Assembly: GCA_965209055.1 (NCBI GenBank)
Contig: OZ242374.1
Location: 2,208,001 to 2,272,000 of the forward strand
Length of the DNA stretch: 64,000 bases
Source of the DNA: Acidobacteriota bacterium
GTDB lineage: Bacteria; Acidobacteriota; UBA6911; RPQK01; JAJDTT01
Reading direction: 5' to 3'
Below, piece by piece: positions 1-8,721 of this stretch. Each line of letters starts with the position of its first letter. Position 1 is the first letter of the stretch. A model generated the notes under the pieces. It searched no databases, had not been told where the DNA came from, and saw only the letters and a list, made by a program, of their open reading frames with translations. A program made the translations under genes and the position numbers.

Positions 1-564
1 GAGGATCAGGCTCTGGCGTGAATCGATTCCCTGGATCTGGGTCTCGGAACGGCTGGCGGAGGAGCCGCTCCGGGTGACGATTCCGGGTTCCTCCGCCAGG
101 ACGTCCCGCACCGTTTCGTATCCCGAGTCGTGCAGCATCCTCTTGGGAATGACATCCACCTTGGTGGTGGAGTTCTCGATCAACTCCTGTTCCCGGGAGC
201 CGGAGACGACGACGACCTGAGTGTCCAGAGCGGCCGGCGCGAGTTGGAGGCGCAGGTCGGCCGGTCCGCTCTCCTCCAGATCCAGGTCCTGGGTCGCGCT
301 GTCGAAGCCGGACATGGCCGCCGTGATCTGGAAACGGCCCCTCTCAGCCAGGAACTGGAATCGGCCCTCATTGCCGGTGACCTGGTGAATCTCGAGTCCC
401 GAGTCCAGGTCCCGGAGAAAGACGTCGGCTCCCACCAGGACCCGGCCGGAGGAGTCGAATACCGTTCCTTCCACTGGAACCCTGCCATCCTGGGCCGCCA
501 GGGGTCCCAGAGAGGAAATGATCAGGAAGATGAATCCGATCGCGATTCGAGCTGTCGTGCTCAT
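1..564 (-). CDS. TonB-dependent receptor, N-terminal part (signal peptide, carboxypeptidase-regulatory-like domain, start of plug); runs off window start
   Basis: Not in ORF track; translated by hand: ATG at 564 after RBS AAGGAG, MSTTARIAIGFIFLIISSLGPLAAQDGRVPVEGTVFDSSGRVLVGADV...DTQVVVVSGSREQELIENSTTKVDVI...VRDVLAEEPGI...QIQGIDSRQSLIL, open to position 1. Confidence 0.85.
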   Translation of the reverse strand, partial: MSTTARIAIGFIFLIISSLGPLAAQDGRVPVEGTVFDSSGRVLVGADVFLRDLDSGLEIHQVTGNEGRFQFLAERGRFQITAAMSGFDSATQDLDLEESGPADLRLQLAPAALDTQVVVVSGSREQELIENSTTKVDVIPKRMLHDSGYETVRDVLAEEPGIVTRSGSSASRSETQIQGIDSRQSLIL

Positions 565-882
565 GGTGCTCTCCTTCATTAACCGTGCCGGTTTTCAGTT
601 TGTCGCCGGGGGGCTACCCGGCGACGGAGAGCCGCAAGCGTGATCGAGCGGGCCGTTTGGCGTCGTGGGACTCTACGGTTAGTGGTAGAATCAAAGGGTC
701 AAACAGTCGCCCGAGTCTCTCTCGCGGCTGTATGGCGAGCAGGAGTCCGGGTCGTCGGGGAGCGGAAACTCACGTGCGACCCGGCTCTTGCGTCAAGCCC
801 TTCACATTTTTCTCTGTGCTGCCTCCTTCGTTCTTTCCTGGACTCCAGCCGAATCCTGGAGCCGCCGAAAAATAGTACCGAA

Positions 883-901
883 GTTGAAATTCATTTTCAA
901 T
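883..901. promoter_or_regulatory. Fur-box-like operator upstream of the TonB-dependent receptor
   Basis: AT-rich palindrome TTGAAATTCATTTTCAA (884-900), imperfect 7-1-7 TGAAATT-C-ATTTTCA, in a GC-rich background. Confidence 0.6.
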
Positions 902-1061
902 AAGAAATTTTCCGGCGGCTTTTTGATCTCTGGATTCAGCCGAATATCGCCTTGCCCGGGACCGGCTTCGATTGATCCGGTACCCCCCGAGGGGTAACAT
1001 GAACCTCAGCAGTTCGTGGTGGAAGTCCTGCCGCGCCAAACGCGAAACCGGAGGTGGGCCC

Positions 1062-2165
1062 ATGGCGGAACAGACCAGATCCAAGATACGTATCCGGCCC
1101 AGGATTTTGATCCTCTTCCTGCTTTTGGGGATCCCACCCTTGATCATCGGACATGTGGTGCTGATCAACGGCGCACGCACCACCTACACCGAGGTGGTGG
1201 CCAACCACTTCAGCGAGTCGGCCGACAGCGCCCAGACCCAGCTCATGAACTACCTGGAGCGGATCAGCAACGAGGTGGGCAACCTGACCCGCGTGTCCGA
1301 GATCCTGGAGGCCGTGTCCGCTTCCAACCGGAACCGGTTGGAAGGGACCGAACTCGACAGCCAAGTGGAGACAAGGGAAGGGGATTGGCTGACCCAGGAT
1401 CCGGAAAACTCCCGGTTGCAGTCCGGGATCCTGAACAACGAGGCGTCCCGATTCGTCCGCAAGTTCAACAGCATCACCGCCGATTTCCGGGAGATTCTGG
1501 TGACCGATGCCCTGGGGCGCCTGGTCGCCGCCAGCAACAAGACCAGCGACTATTTTCAGGGAGACGAGCGGTGGTGGCAGCGCGCCTATCAGGAGGGGCA
1601 GGGAAACCCCTTCCACGGAGACATCCAGTTCGACGAGAGCGCCAACGTCTACGGTATGGAGATCGCCTACCCGGTTCGGGATCCCGCCTCGAACGAGGTC
1701 ATCGGTGTGATCAAGGCGATCGCTGACGCCCACGAGATCTCGGCGCTGGTGGGTGCGACCCGGTTGGGGCCGAACACCGAGGCGGTGATCATCGCAGCCG
1801 ACGGCACAGGGATTCTGGGCCCGGAACGGACGGTGCGCTACCGGTTCCCGGAGGCCGTCTCTCTGGATCAACCGGGCCGGCGCTACGTCGAAGCGACCGA
1901 AATTCGGGCTTTGCCGGCGGAGGAACGCCAGGTCTTTTTGGGATTGCCGCAGTTTCGGATCCGGGACCGGATGGCGGAGTTGGACTGGATCCTGGTGGTG
2001 CAGGAGCCTTACGAAGAGGTCTATTCCCCCTTTCGGAACCTGAACAGTTGGTTCATTTATTTCGCCGTGTTCGGCGTCGCGTTGGTGCTGGTGCTGGCGT
2101 TGATCTTTTCCCGAATCCTCTCCGGTCCCGTGATCGAGGCCGACCCCCATCTGGAGCGAATCTGA
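1062..2165 (+). CDS. Membrane-anchored Cache (dCache-like) sensor-domain protein with no cytoplasmic output domain
   Basis: RBS GGAGG; two TM segments; EILVTDALGRLVAAS..SDYFQGDERWWQRA..DIQFDES..IAYPVRD..VIGVIK Cache motif; only about 15 aa after TM2. Confidence 0.75.
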   Translation: MAEQTRSKIRIRPRILILFLLLGIPPLIIGHVVLINGARTTYTEVVANHFSESADSAQTQLMNYLERISNEVGNLTRVSEILEAVSASNRNRLEGTELDSQVETREGDWLTQDPENSRLQSGILNNEASRFVRKFNSITADFREILVTDALGRLVAASNKTSDYFQGDERWWQRAYQEGQGNPFHGDIQFDESANVYGMEIAYPVRDPASNEVIGVIKAIADAHEISALVGATRLGPNTEAVIIAADGTGILGPERTVRYRFPEAVSLDQPGRRYVEATEIRALPAEERQVFLGLPQFRIRDRMAELDWILVVQEPYEEVYSPFRNLNSWFIYFAVFGVALVLVLALIFSRILSGPVIEADPHLERI

Positions 2166-2199
2166 CCACGGCCGATCTCCGCTCGAATTCGATTGAAGG

Positions 2200-3156
2200 A
2201 TGATTCGTACCGTCCTCGGAGAGATACCGGAAGACAAACTCGGACCCGCGCTGGCCCACGAGCATCTCTACTGCAACATCGCCCGCCACTCCGGCAACCT
2301 CGACAACGCCATGATTGACTGGGAGTTGATCGTCCGCGAACTGGGTTCGTTCAAGGCAGCCGGCGGACGGGGCATTCTGGAGGTGACCCCGGTGGACCTG
2401 GACGGAGACGCCGAGGCCCTGCGCCGGATCAGCGAAGCGTCCGGCGTCCACATCGTTCGCGGCATCGCCTTCTACCAGGAGGACAGTTATCCCCGGTGGC
2501 TGCACACGGCCACCGTCGATGTGATCGAGGACTTCTTCGTTCGGGAGATCGAGGAGGGCGGGGCGGGCATTCCGGCCGGCTTCATCGGCGAGATCGGAAG
2601 CCACAACCGGCCCGAACCTGATTTCCTCGGATACCGTCTGACGGAAGGAGAGACGCGGGTGTTTCAGGCGGCCGCCGGTGCCCAGAAAAGGACCGGCGCC
2701 CTCATCTCCACCCACGCCGCCCTGGGACGGGCGGGCCATGCCCAGTTGAACGTCCTGGAGGCTGCGGGAGCCGACCTGTCCCGCGTGGTCATCGGACATT
2801 GTGACGCCCACTACCACGACGACGAGGAAAAGGACCTGGAATACTATCTGCCCATTCTGGACCGGGGCGCTTACGTGGAATTCGATCTCATCGGCTGGGT
2901 CGATGAGTGGCCCGGCTGTCCGACCGATGAGATCCGGGCTCTCCGCCTGGCCTCGCTGGTCCGTTTGGGTTACCAGGACCAAATTCTGGTGGCCACGGAT
3001 ACCTGCCGTCTCTCCCAACTGCGGGCGAACGGTGGCAGGGGATACGATTATTTCTGGAGCGAATTTCTGCCGCGACTGCGGCGGGAGGGAGTCGGACAGG
3101 ACGCCGTGGACGCCATCCTGATCCGTAATCCCGGCCGGGCGGCGAACATTTCCTGA
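2200..3156 (+). CDS. Phosphotriesterase-homology (PHP/PTE) family amidohydrolase
   Basis: MIRTVLG, AHEHL, GEIG, STHA, VIGHCD, ATD metal-ligand pattern; C-terminal NP motif. Confidence 0.85.
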   Translation: MIRTVLGEIPEDKLGPALAHEHLYCNIARHSGNLDNAMIDWELIVRELGSFKAAGGRGILEVTPVDLDGDAEALRRISEASGVHIVRGIAFYQEDSYPRWLHTATVDVIEDFFVREIEEGGAGIPAGFIGEIGSHNRPEPDFLGYRLTEGETRVFQAAAGAQKRTGALISTHAALGRAGHAQLNVLEAAGADLSRVVIGHCDAHYHDDEEKDLEYYLPILDRGAYVEFDLIGWVDEWPGCPTDEIRALRLASLVRLGYQDQILVATDTCRLSQLRANGGRGYDYFWSEFLPRLRREGVGQDAVDAILIRNPGRAANIS

Positions 3157-3212
3157 GTTGACGATTGAAGGTCCGTGACGATTTGATCCGCTGACTAACA
3201 AGGGGGAATCGG

Positions 3213-4286
3213 ATGAAGAGAAGGAAGTTTTTTCGAAATGCCGGCAGCGCTCTGGGAGGAGTCGCGGCCTATGGGCTGACCTCGTCCGCCGGGGAAGCCC
3301 GGCCGGCGGCGGGGCCCCCGGCGGAAATGGACCGGTACCGGTTCAAGCTGGGGATGTACCTGCCCGAGCTTCAACTCCCCTTCGACGAGGCGTTGGCCAC
3401 AGCCAAGGAGATCGGCGTGGAGTCGGTCTGGTTCAACCGGCTCAAGGATGAGGTCGATGTCGCCCGGATGAGTGACGCCGAGGCGGACCGCATGGCGGAA
3501 CGGGTGCAGCGCCAAGGGCTGGAGATCTTCCTGCTGAGTGCCGGCTCCAGCTTCAAGCACATTCACCTGACCGACCTGAAGAAGGACAAGCTCACCGAGC
3601 ACGAAGGGTTCCGAACCCACTTGGCGGAGCTGGAGCGGTGCATGGAGATCGCCTCCCGGATCGGCGTCGGCGCCGTGGGGTCCTTCACCTTCGCCTGGCC
3701 CGGAGAGTACAAGGCGGGCAAGCCGACCTGGCCCATGCGCTGGCTGACCCGGGGCGGGTACATCGCCAGGGTCGACATGGAGAAGCTGGTGGAGGCCTTC
3801 ACGCTGGTGGCGGATGCGGCCGAGAAGCACGGGGTGGATGTGGCGCTCTCCATGATGCCCTGGAACTACACCAACACCACCGGCAACTTCCGGCGGGTGG
3901 TGGAGGCCGTGGGCTCCTCCCGGTTGAAGGTCATGTGGGGGCCGGCCGACAACTTCAATTCGGGCGAATGGGACGTGGCCACGGCCGGATTCAACAACAT
4001 TCGCCCCTACCTGCACGGCCTGCACCTGAAGGACCTTCACGTCATGGACGGCCTGAACCTGAAGTTCGAGTATCGAGCCTTGGGCGACGGCGACGTGGAC
4101 TACCCGGAGATCCTCCGCCGGTTGCAGGACCATCGTTCGGATGCGGTCCTGTCGCTGGCGACCCACTTCATTCCACCGGGCGGAACCCGGATCGATGCCA
4201 TGAAGATCAACTACCAGAGGCTCAGCGGGATGATCCGGAAGGTCCAGGCTGAAAACATTTCCAACCAAGAGGGAGGGAAGGCATGA
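3213..4286 (+). CDS. Tat-exported sugar phosphate isomerase/epimerase (xylose isomerase-like TIM barrel)
   Basis: MKRRKFF Tat motif; GLHLKD, LGDGDVDY motifs. Confidence 0.75.
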   Translation: MKRRKFFRNAGSALGGVAAYGLTSSAGEARPAAGPPAEMDRYRFKLGMYLPELQLPFDEALATAKEIGVESVWFNRLKDEVDVARMSDAEADRMAERVQRQGLEIFLLSAGSSFKHIHLTDLKKDKLTEHEGFRTHLAELERCMEIASRIGVGAVGSFTFAWPGEYKAGKPTWPMRWLTRGGYIARVDMEKLVEAFTLVADAAEKHGVDVALSMMPWNYTNTTGNFRRVVEAVGSSRLKVMWGPADNFNSGEWDVATAGFNNIRPYLHGLHLKDLHVMDGLNLKFEYRALGDGDVDYPEILRRLQDHRSDAVLSLATHFIPPGGTRIDAMKINYQRLSGMIRKVQAENISNQEGGKA

Positions 4287-5584
4287 AGAGCGTCACCCGC
4301 CGGGAATTCATGAACGTGTCGGTTGCCGGCGCGGCCACAGTCTCGTCTCTGGCGGCCACGGCCCGCCGGGTTTCGGCCAACGACCGGGTCGTGGCGGCCG
4401 TCATCGGACTTCGGGGCATGGGCCGCGTCCACGTGAGCCGTCTCGTGGAGGTCCCGGATGCCGTCTGCGCCACCCTTTGCGACGTGGACCAGAGCATGTT
4501 GGAGCGGGAGTCCAAGAAGGTCCGCGACGCCACCGGACAGTCGCCCAAGTTGGTCAAGGACTTCCGGCACGTCCTGGACGACTCCTCCATCGACGCCGTA
4601 GTGATCGCCACGCCCCATCACTGGCACGTCCCCATGGCGGTCCGGGCCCTTCGAGCCGGCAAGGACGTCTACCTGGAGAAGCCGGGCTCCCACGTCTTTC
4701 GGGAAGGACGCGTCCTGGTCGATACGGTGGAGGAGACCGGCCGCATCGTCCAGCACGGCACGCAGATGCGCTCCAGCCGGGTCACGGCCAAGGCCCGTGA
4801 ACTCCTGGATGCGGGGGTCATCGGCGAGGTCAAGATGTCCAAGGCCTGGAACAAGCAGCGGCACAAGCACCGGAAGGCGGTGCCGGACGCCCCGGTCCCG
4901 GCGGGAGTCGACTACGACATGTGGCTGGGTCCCGCGCCCAGGCGGCCCTTCAATCCCAACCGCTTTCACGGTTACTGGAACTGGTATCGCGACTACGGCA
5001 ACGGGGACATCGGCGGAGACGGCATTCACGACCTGGACATGGCGCATTTCGGCCTCGCTCCCCAGACCCATCCGGTCCGGATCACGGCGCATGGGAGCCG
5101 GGTCCACGTGGAGGGCGTGGAGCGGGAGTTTCCCGACAACATGATGGTGGCCTACCACTTCGCCGAGGGTAAGGTGCTCATCTACGAAGACCGGGCCTGG
5201 ACCCCCTACGGAAGTTTCGGCGTGGACAGCGGCAACGCCTTCTACGGAACCGAGGGATTCATGGTCTTCTCCCGCCGGGGTTTCTTCCAGGTCTACCTGG
5301 GCCGAAAGGAAGAGAAAGGCCCCTCCATGGGAGTCGGAGACGCCGTCCGCGACCGGGGCAAAGGCACGCACCTGTCCAACTTCCTGGACTGCGTCCGGAC
5401 CCGCAACCAACCGTTGGCCCCCGCCCTTCAGGTCCATCGGTCCTGCGCGCTGGTCCACCTGGGCGAGGTCGCCTACCGGACGGGCAAGGTGCTGGAGTTC
5501 GATCCGGAGACCGAGACCATCACCAATCACCCGGGCGCCAACCGGCTCTTGACAAAAGATTACCGTGGCCCGTGGTCGGTGTGA
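4283..5584 (+). CDS. Tat-exported Gfo/Idh/MocA family oxidoreductase
   Basis: TRREF Tat motif; IGLRGMG, DAVVIATPHHWH, GKDVYLEKP, YDMWLGPAP; ATGA overlap with upstream gene. Confidence 0.9.
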   Translation: MKSVTRREFMNVSVAGAATVSSLAATARRVSANDRVVAAVIGLRGMGRVHVSRLVEVPDAVCATLCDVDQSMLERESKKVRDATGQSPKLVKDFRHVLDDSSIDAVVIATPHHWHVPMAVRALRAGKDVYLEKPGSHVFREGRVLVDTVEETGRIVQHGTQMRSSRVTAKARELLDAGVIGEVKMSKAWNKQRHKHRKAVPDAPVPAGVDYDMWLGPAPRRPFNPNRFHGYWNWYRDYGNGDIGGDGIHDLDMAHFGLAPQTHPVRITAHGSRVHVEGVEREFPDNMMVAYHFAEGKVLIYEDRAWTPYGSFGVDSGNAFYGTEGFMVFSRRGFFQVYLGRKEEKGPSMGVGDAVRDRGKGTHLSNFLDCVRTRNQPLAPALQVHRSCALVHLGEVAYRTGKVLEFDPETETITNHPGANRLLTKDYRGPWSV

Positions 5585-5586
5585 CA

Positions 5587-5693
5587 GGAACGGCGATATC
5601 CAACCGCCGGGAGCGGCGATATCCTTGTCGCCGAACGGGGCGGCGATATCCTTATCGCCGAACGGAACGGCGATATCCTTATCGCCGAACTCC
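5587..5693 (+). repeat. Tandem array of four REP-like palindromes
   Basis: GGAACGGCGATATCCAACCGCCG followed by three 27-bp units GG(A/G)(A/G)CGGCGATATCCTT(G/A)TCGCCGAAC; each folds CGGCGA..TCGCCG; no spacers. Confidence 0.85.
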
Positions 5694-5812
5694 CGACCAA
5701 CAATGAACTCAACAACCAACGGCGGACCCCAACCCGCCCTCCGGAACGACCACTCGTCCCTCTGGAAATTGAAACTTCGAGTCTGAATCTCGGTCTATCC
5801 TAGGAGCGTAAC

Positions 5813-6553
5813 GTGACACAACAGAACGACAATCCAGGACTCTGCACCCGGGAAAGATCCACTGGAACCGGTCCCGCCATCTGGCTGGCCGGCGATCCGG
5901 CGGACCTGGAGAAATGGCTGCCGCTGGGAGCGGCGGGCATCGTCACCAACACGGTGGTCCTGAACCAGATGGTCCAGAAGTACGGCCAGATCGTGGACGT
6001 CGCCCAGCGCTACCTGGACATCACCGACAAACCGGTGGTGATGGAGATCGACGGCCACTCCACCGAAGAGCTGCTCCGCGTCGGCGAGGTCTTCACCCGC
6101 CTGTCGGATCGGATCATCCTCAAGATCCCCTGCACCGTCCACGGCCTCGGCGCCTTCCGTGAACTGAAGCGCCAGGGCGTCGAGACCTTCTGCACCACCG
6201 TCTTCTCCCTGACCCAGGCGGCGGCCGTGGCCCAGGCCGGCGCCACCCACATTCTCCCCTTCTGCGAGCCGGTCAAGGAGGTGGGAGGCGATCCCACCCA
6301 GTTGGTCCGGGAGTGTGTGGCCATGTTCCGGGGATGGGAGCACCGCCCGTTCATCACCGCCGCCCTGGTCCGCTCCGCCGACACGGCGTACCGGGCGCTC
6401 CGGGACGGCGCCGACGGCATCATCATCTTCTGGAACATCTTCCAGGAAATGATGAAACATCCCCTGACGGAGACCTGGAACCAGACCTTTCTGGACGAGT
6501 GGAACGCCATGCACGATGCGGGACTGCTGAATGGCGTGCCGGTGGAACATTGA
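5813..6553 (+). CDS. Divergent transaldolase / fructose-6-phosphate aldolase family protein
   Basis: GTG after AGGAG; GIVTN, ILKIPCT (Schiff-base Lys), TVFSLTQAAAVAQAGA, MMKHPLT motifs. Confidence 0.8.
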   Translation: MTQQNDNPGLCTRERSTGTGPAIWLAGDPADLEKWLPLGAAGIVTNTVVLNQMVQKYGQIVDVAQRYLDITDKPVVMEIDGHSTEELLRVGEVFTRLSDRIILKIPCTVHGLGAFRELKRQGVETFCTTVFSLTQAAAVAQAGATHILPFCEPVKEVGGDPTQLVRECVAMFRGWEHRPFITAALVRSADTAYRALRDGADGIIIFWNIFQEMMKHPLTETWNQTFLDEWNAMHDAGLLNGVPVEH

Positions 6554-6576
6554 TCCGTCGATTCCGAGGCTGAACC

Positions 6577-7593
6577 GTGAACCAGCGCTACTCGCGTCAG
6601 ATCCTCTTCCCTCCCATCGGCGCCGGGGGACAGGAACGCCTGGCCCGGTCGAGGGTGGTGATTGTCGGCTGCGGGGCCCTGGGCAGCGTGGCCGCGGAGC
6701 AGTTGGTCCGAGCCGGGATCGGCTCCTTGCGCCTGATCGACCGCGACTTCGTGGAAGAGAGCAATCTGCAGCGGCAGTGCCTCTTCACTGAGGACCATGC
6801 CCGCCTGGCCCTGCCCAAGGCGGTGGCGGCCGAGTCGATTCTCGGCGCCATGAACTCCCAGGTCACGGTCGACGGCGTGGTCGAGGACCTGACTCATCGA
6901 AACGCGGAGGCTCTCTGTGCCGGCAGCGACCTCATTCTGGACGGCACCGACAACTTCGAAACCCGGTACCTGTTGAACGACTACTCCCTCCTTACCGGCC
7001 GGACCTGGGTCTATGGAGCCTGCGTCGGCAGTTACGGAACGGCCTTCGCGTTCCGCCCCCGGGTCACGCCCTGCCTCCAGTGCCTCTTTCCGCAGCCGCC
7101 GGCGCCCGGCAGCGCCGAGACGTGCGACACCAGCGGAATCCTGGCGCCAGTCGTCCATCTCGTGGCCTCCTACCAGGTCGCCCAGGTTCTGAAGATTCTG
7201 GTGGGCGCCGAGCCGGCGTCCACCATGCTGAAGGCGGATGTCTGGGAGAACCGGATGAAACTGGTCTCGCTGGAGGGTGCGCGCGTCCCGGACTGTCCCT
7301 GTTGCGGGGCGCTCGAGCTGCGCTTTCTGAAGGGAACGGAGGAGCGCCGTTCGGTTCGACTCTGCGGCCGGAACGCGGTCCAGGTCCAGGCGGGCGGAGA
7401 CTCGCGAACGGACCTGTCCCAAGTCGCCCGGCGGCTCCGGCCCAGTGGCAGCGTGAGCCTGAACGACTATATGATGAAATTGGAGGTCAACGGCTACGAG
7501 CTGGCTCTGTTCCGCGACGGACGGGCCATTATCCGGGGAACGGAGGACGAGAAGGAGGCCCGGGCCGTCTACGCTCGCTACATTGGCTGTTAG
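6577..7593 (+). CDS. ThiF/MoeB family adenylyltransferase
   Basis: RYSRQIL, IVGCGALG, DRDFVEESNLQRQ, DGTDNFETR, CxxC pairs, C-terminal LCGRNAVQ domain. Confidence 0.9.
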   Translation: MNQRYSRQILFPPIGAGGQERLARSRVVIVGCGALGSVAAEQLVRAGIGSLRLIDRDFVEESNLQRQCLFTEDHARLALPKAVAAESILGAMNSQVTVDGVVEDLTHRNAEALCAGSDLILDGTDNFETRYLLNDYSLLTGRTWVYGACVGSYGTAFAFRPRVTPCLQCLFPQPPAPGSAETCDTSGILAPVVHLVASYQVAQVLKILVGAEPASTMLKADVWENRMKLVSLEGARVPDCPCCGALELRFLKGTEERRSVRLCGRNAVQVQAGGDSRTDLSQVARRLRPSGSVSLNDYMMKLEVNGYELALFRDGRAIIRGTEDEKEARAVYARYIGC

Positions 7594-7603
7594 AGGGGTA
7601 ATC

Positions 7604-8533
7604 ATGTTGGAGAGATTACGGAGATCATGTCGTTGGCGCGGTTGGTTCACAGTCGGGGCGGGGATTCTGGCGACCACTCTTGTGATGCCGTCGCTGGCCC
7701 GGGAGTCGGGAGAGGAGAAGGCGCGGAAGGTGATCGACGCGGCGGTGACGGCCATGGGCGGCGACGCCTACCTGGAGGTCCGGAACTCCCAATCGTCCGG
7801 CCGTTACTTCTTCTTCCGGAAGGGCCGCAAGGGGTTCACCCGGTATCGGGACTGGACCGTCTACGATCCCGTCAAGTCCCGCTTCGAATTGGGGAAGAAA
7901 GAGAAGGAGCAGCGAGTCTCCGTCCACAACATGGAGTTGAACAAGGGTTGGACGCTGGAAGGCGAGTTCGACGTCGAGGAGATCCCGGACAAGGAATTGG
8001 ACTCCTGGATGAAGTTGGTTCGGAAGGACCTCAACTTCCTCATCAAGCAGCGCCTCGACGAAGAAGGAATGAGCCTTTACTACTACGGACCCGACGACAT
8101 TGCGGGACAGGGTGAGTTCGAGGCGGTGGAGTTTCTGGACGCCTCCAACAACTCGGTGGTGGTCTTTTTCAACCTGACCAGCCACCTCCCCGAAAAGGTG
8201 GAGAACGAGTACACGGACGACACCGGGTTGCGCCACAAGAAGGAGTGGGAGTTTTACAACTGGCATACCATCCAGGGAGTGCACACGCCCCTGCGGACGG
8301 ACATCTACCTGGACGGAGACATTTCCCAACAGCTCTTCATAGAAGACCTGGCCTACAACCTGCAGATTCCCGAATCCCACTTCCTGGAGCCGGCCATCGA
8401 CGAGAAGAAGAAGGCCAAGTGGGAAGAGAAGATGGCCAAGCGGTTGAGGAAGCAGGAGGAACGGGACGCCAAGGCGCAACGGGAAGCGGAGAAGGAGCGG
8501 GAGAAGAGAAGAAAAGGCCGGCGGAGCGACTGA
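7604..8533 (+). CDS. Exported hypothetical protein (possible LolA-like/lipoprotein-sorting fold) with highly charged C-terminal helix
   Basis: Signal peptide; KARKVIDAAVTAMGG start; beta-rich core; E/K/R-rich tail. Confidence 0.6.
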   Translation: MLERLRRSCRWRGWFTVGAGILATTLVMPSLARESGEEKARKVIDAAVTAMGGDAYLEVRNSQSSGRYFFFRKGRKGFTRYRDWTVYDPVKSRFELGKKEKEQRVSVHNMELNKGWTLEGEFDVEEIPDKELDSWMKLVRKDLNFLIKQRLDEEGMSLYYYGPDDIAGQGEFEAVEFLDASNNSVVVFFNLTSHLPEKVENEYTDDTGLRHKKEWEFYNWHTIQGVHTPLRTDIYLDGDISQQLFIEDLAYNLQIPESHFLEPAIDEKKKAKWEEKMAKRLRKQEERDAKAQREAEKEREKRRKGRRSD

Positions 8534-8583
8534 TCCCGGCCGGAAACCCGCCGGTGGCAGACGGCTTTTGCCATGGACCGACA

Positions 8584-8623
8584 TGTGTCCTGCGGTCCAC
8601 ACCATTGTGGACTCCAGGTCACA
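8584..8623. promoter_or_regulatory. Two tandem TGTG-N10-CACA sites, candidate enhancer for a sigma54 activator
   Basis: TGTGTCCTGCGGTCCACA (8584-8601) and TGTGGACTCCAGGTCACA (8606-8623), 22 bp apart; site 2 matches the reverse complement of site 1 at 15/18. Confidence 0.6.
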
Positions 8624-8688
8624 GTCTGCGCTCCCCGCAGCGGCGTTCGAATTACGAAATCCACTGAAAATAAAGGCTTTCCTCGTTT

Positions 8689-8705
8689 TTGGCCTGAAAC
8701 GTGCA
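8689..8705 (+). promoter_or_regulatory. sigma54 (-24/-12) promoter of lpxC
   Basis: TTGGCCTGAAACGTGCA: GG-N10-GC spacing, resembles TGGCACG-N4-TTGCA; ends 16 nt before lpxC ATG. Confidence 0.6.
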
Positions 8706-8721
8706 ACACGGTGCAGGCCAG

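Noticed and set aside
565-880. Cobalamin riboswitch upstream of the TonB-dependent receptor
   Set aside because: No recognisable AGGGAA..GGTG..AATCC core or B12 box on the minus strand
5587-5693. Possible CRISPR array (palindromic direct repeats of about 27 bp)
   Set aside because: Repeats are contiguous with no unique spacers, no cas genes are present, and the same motif occurs singly elsewhere; better explained as REP-like
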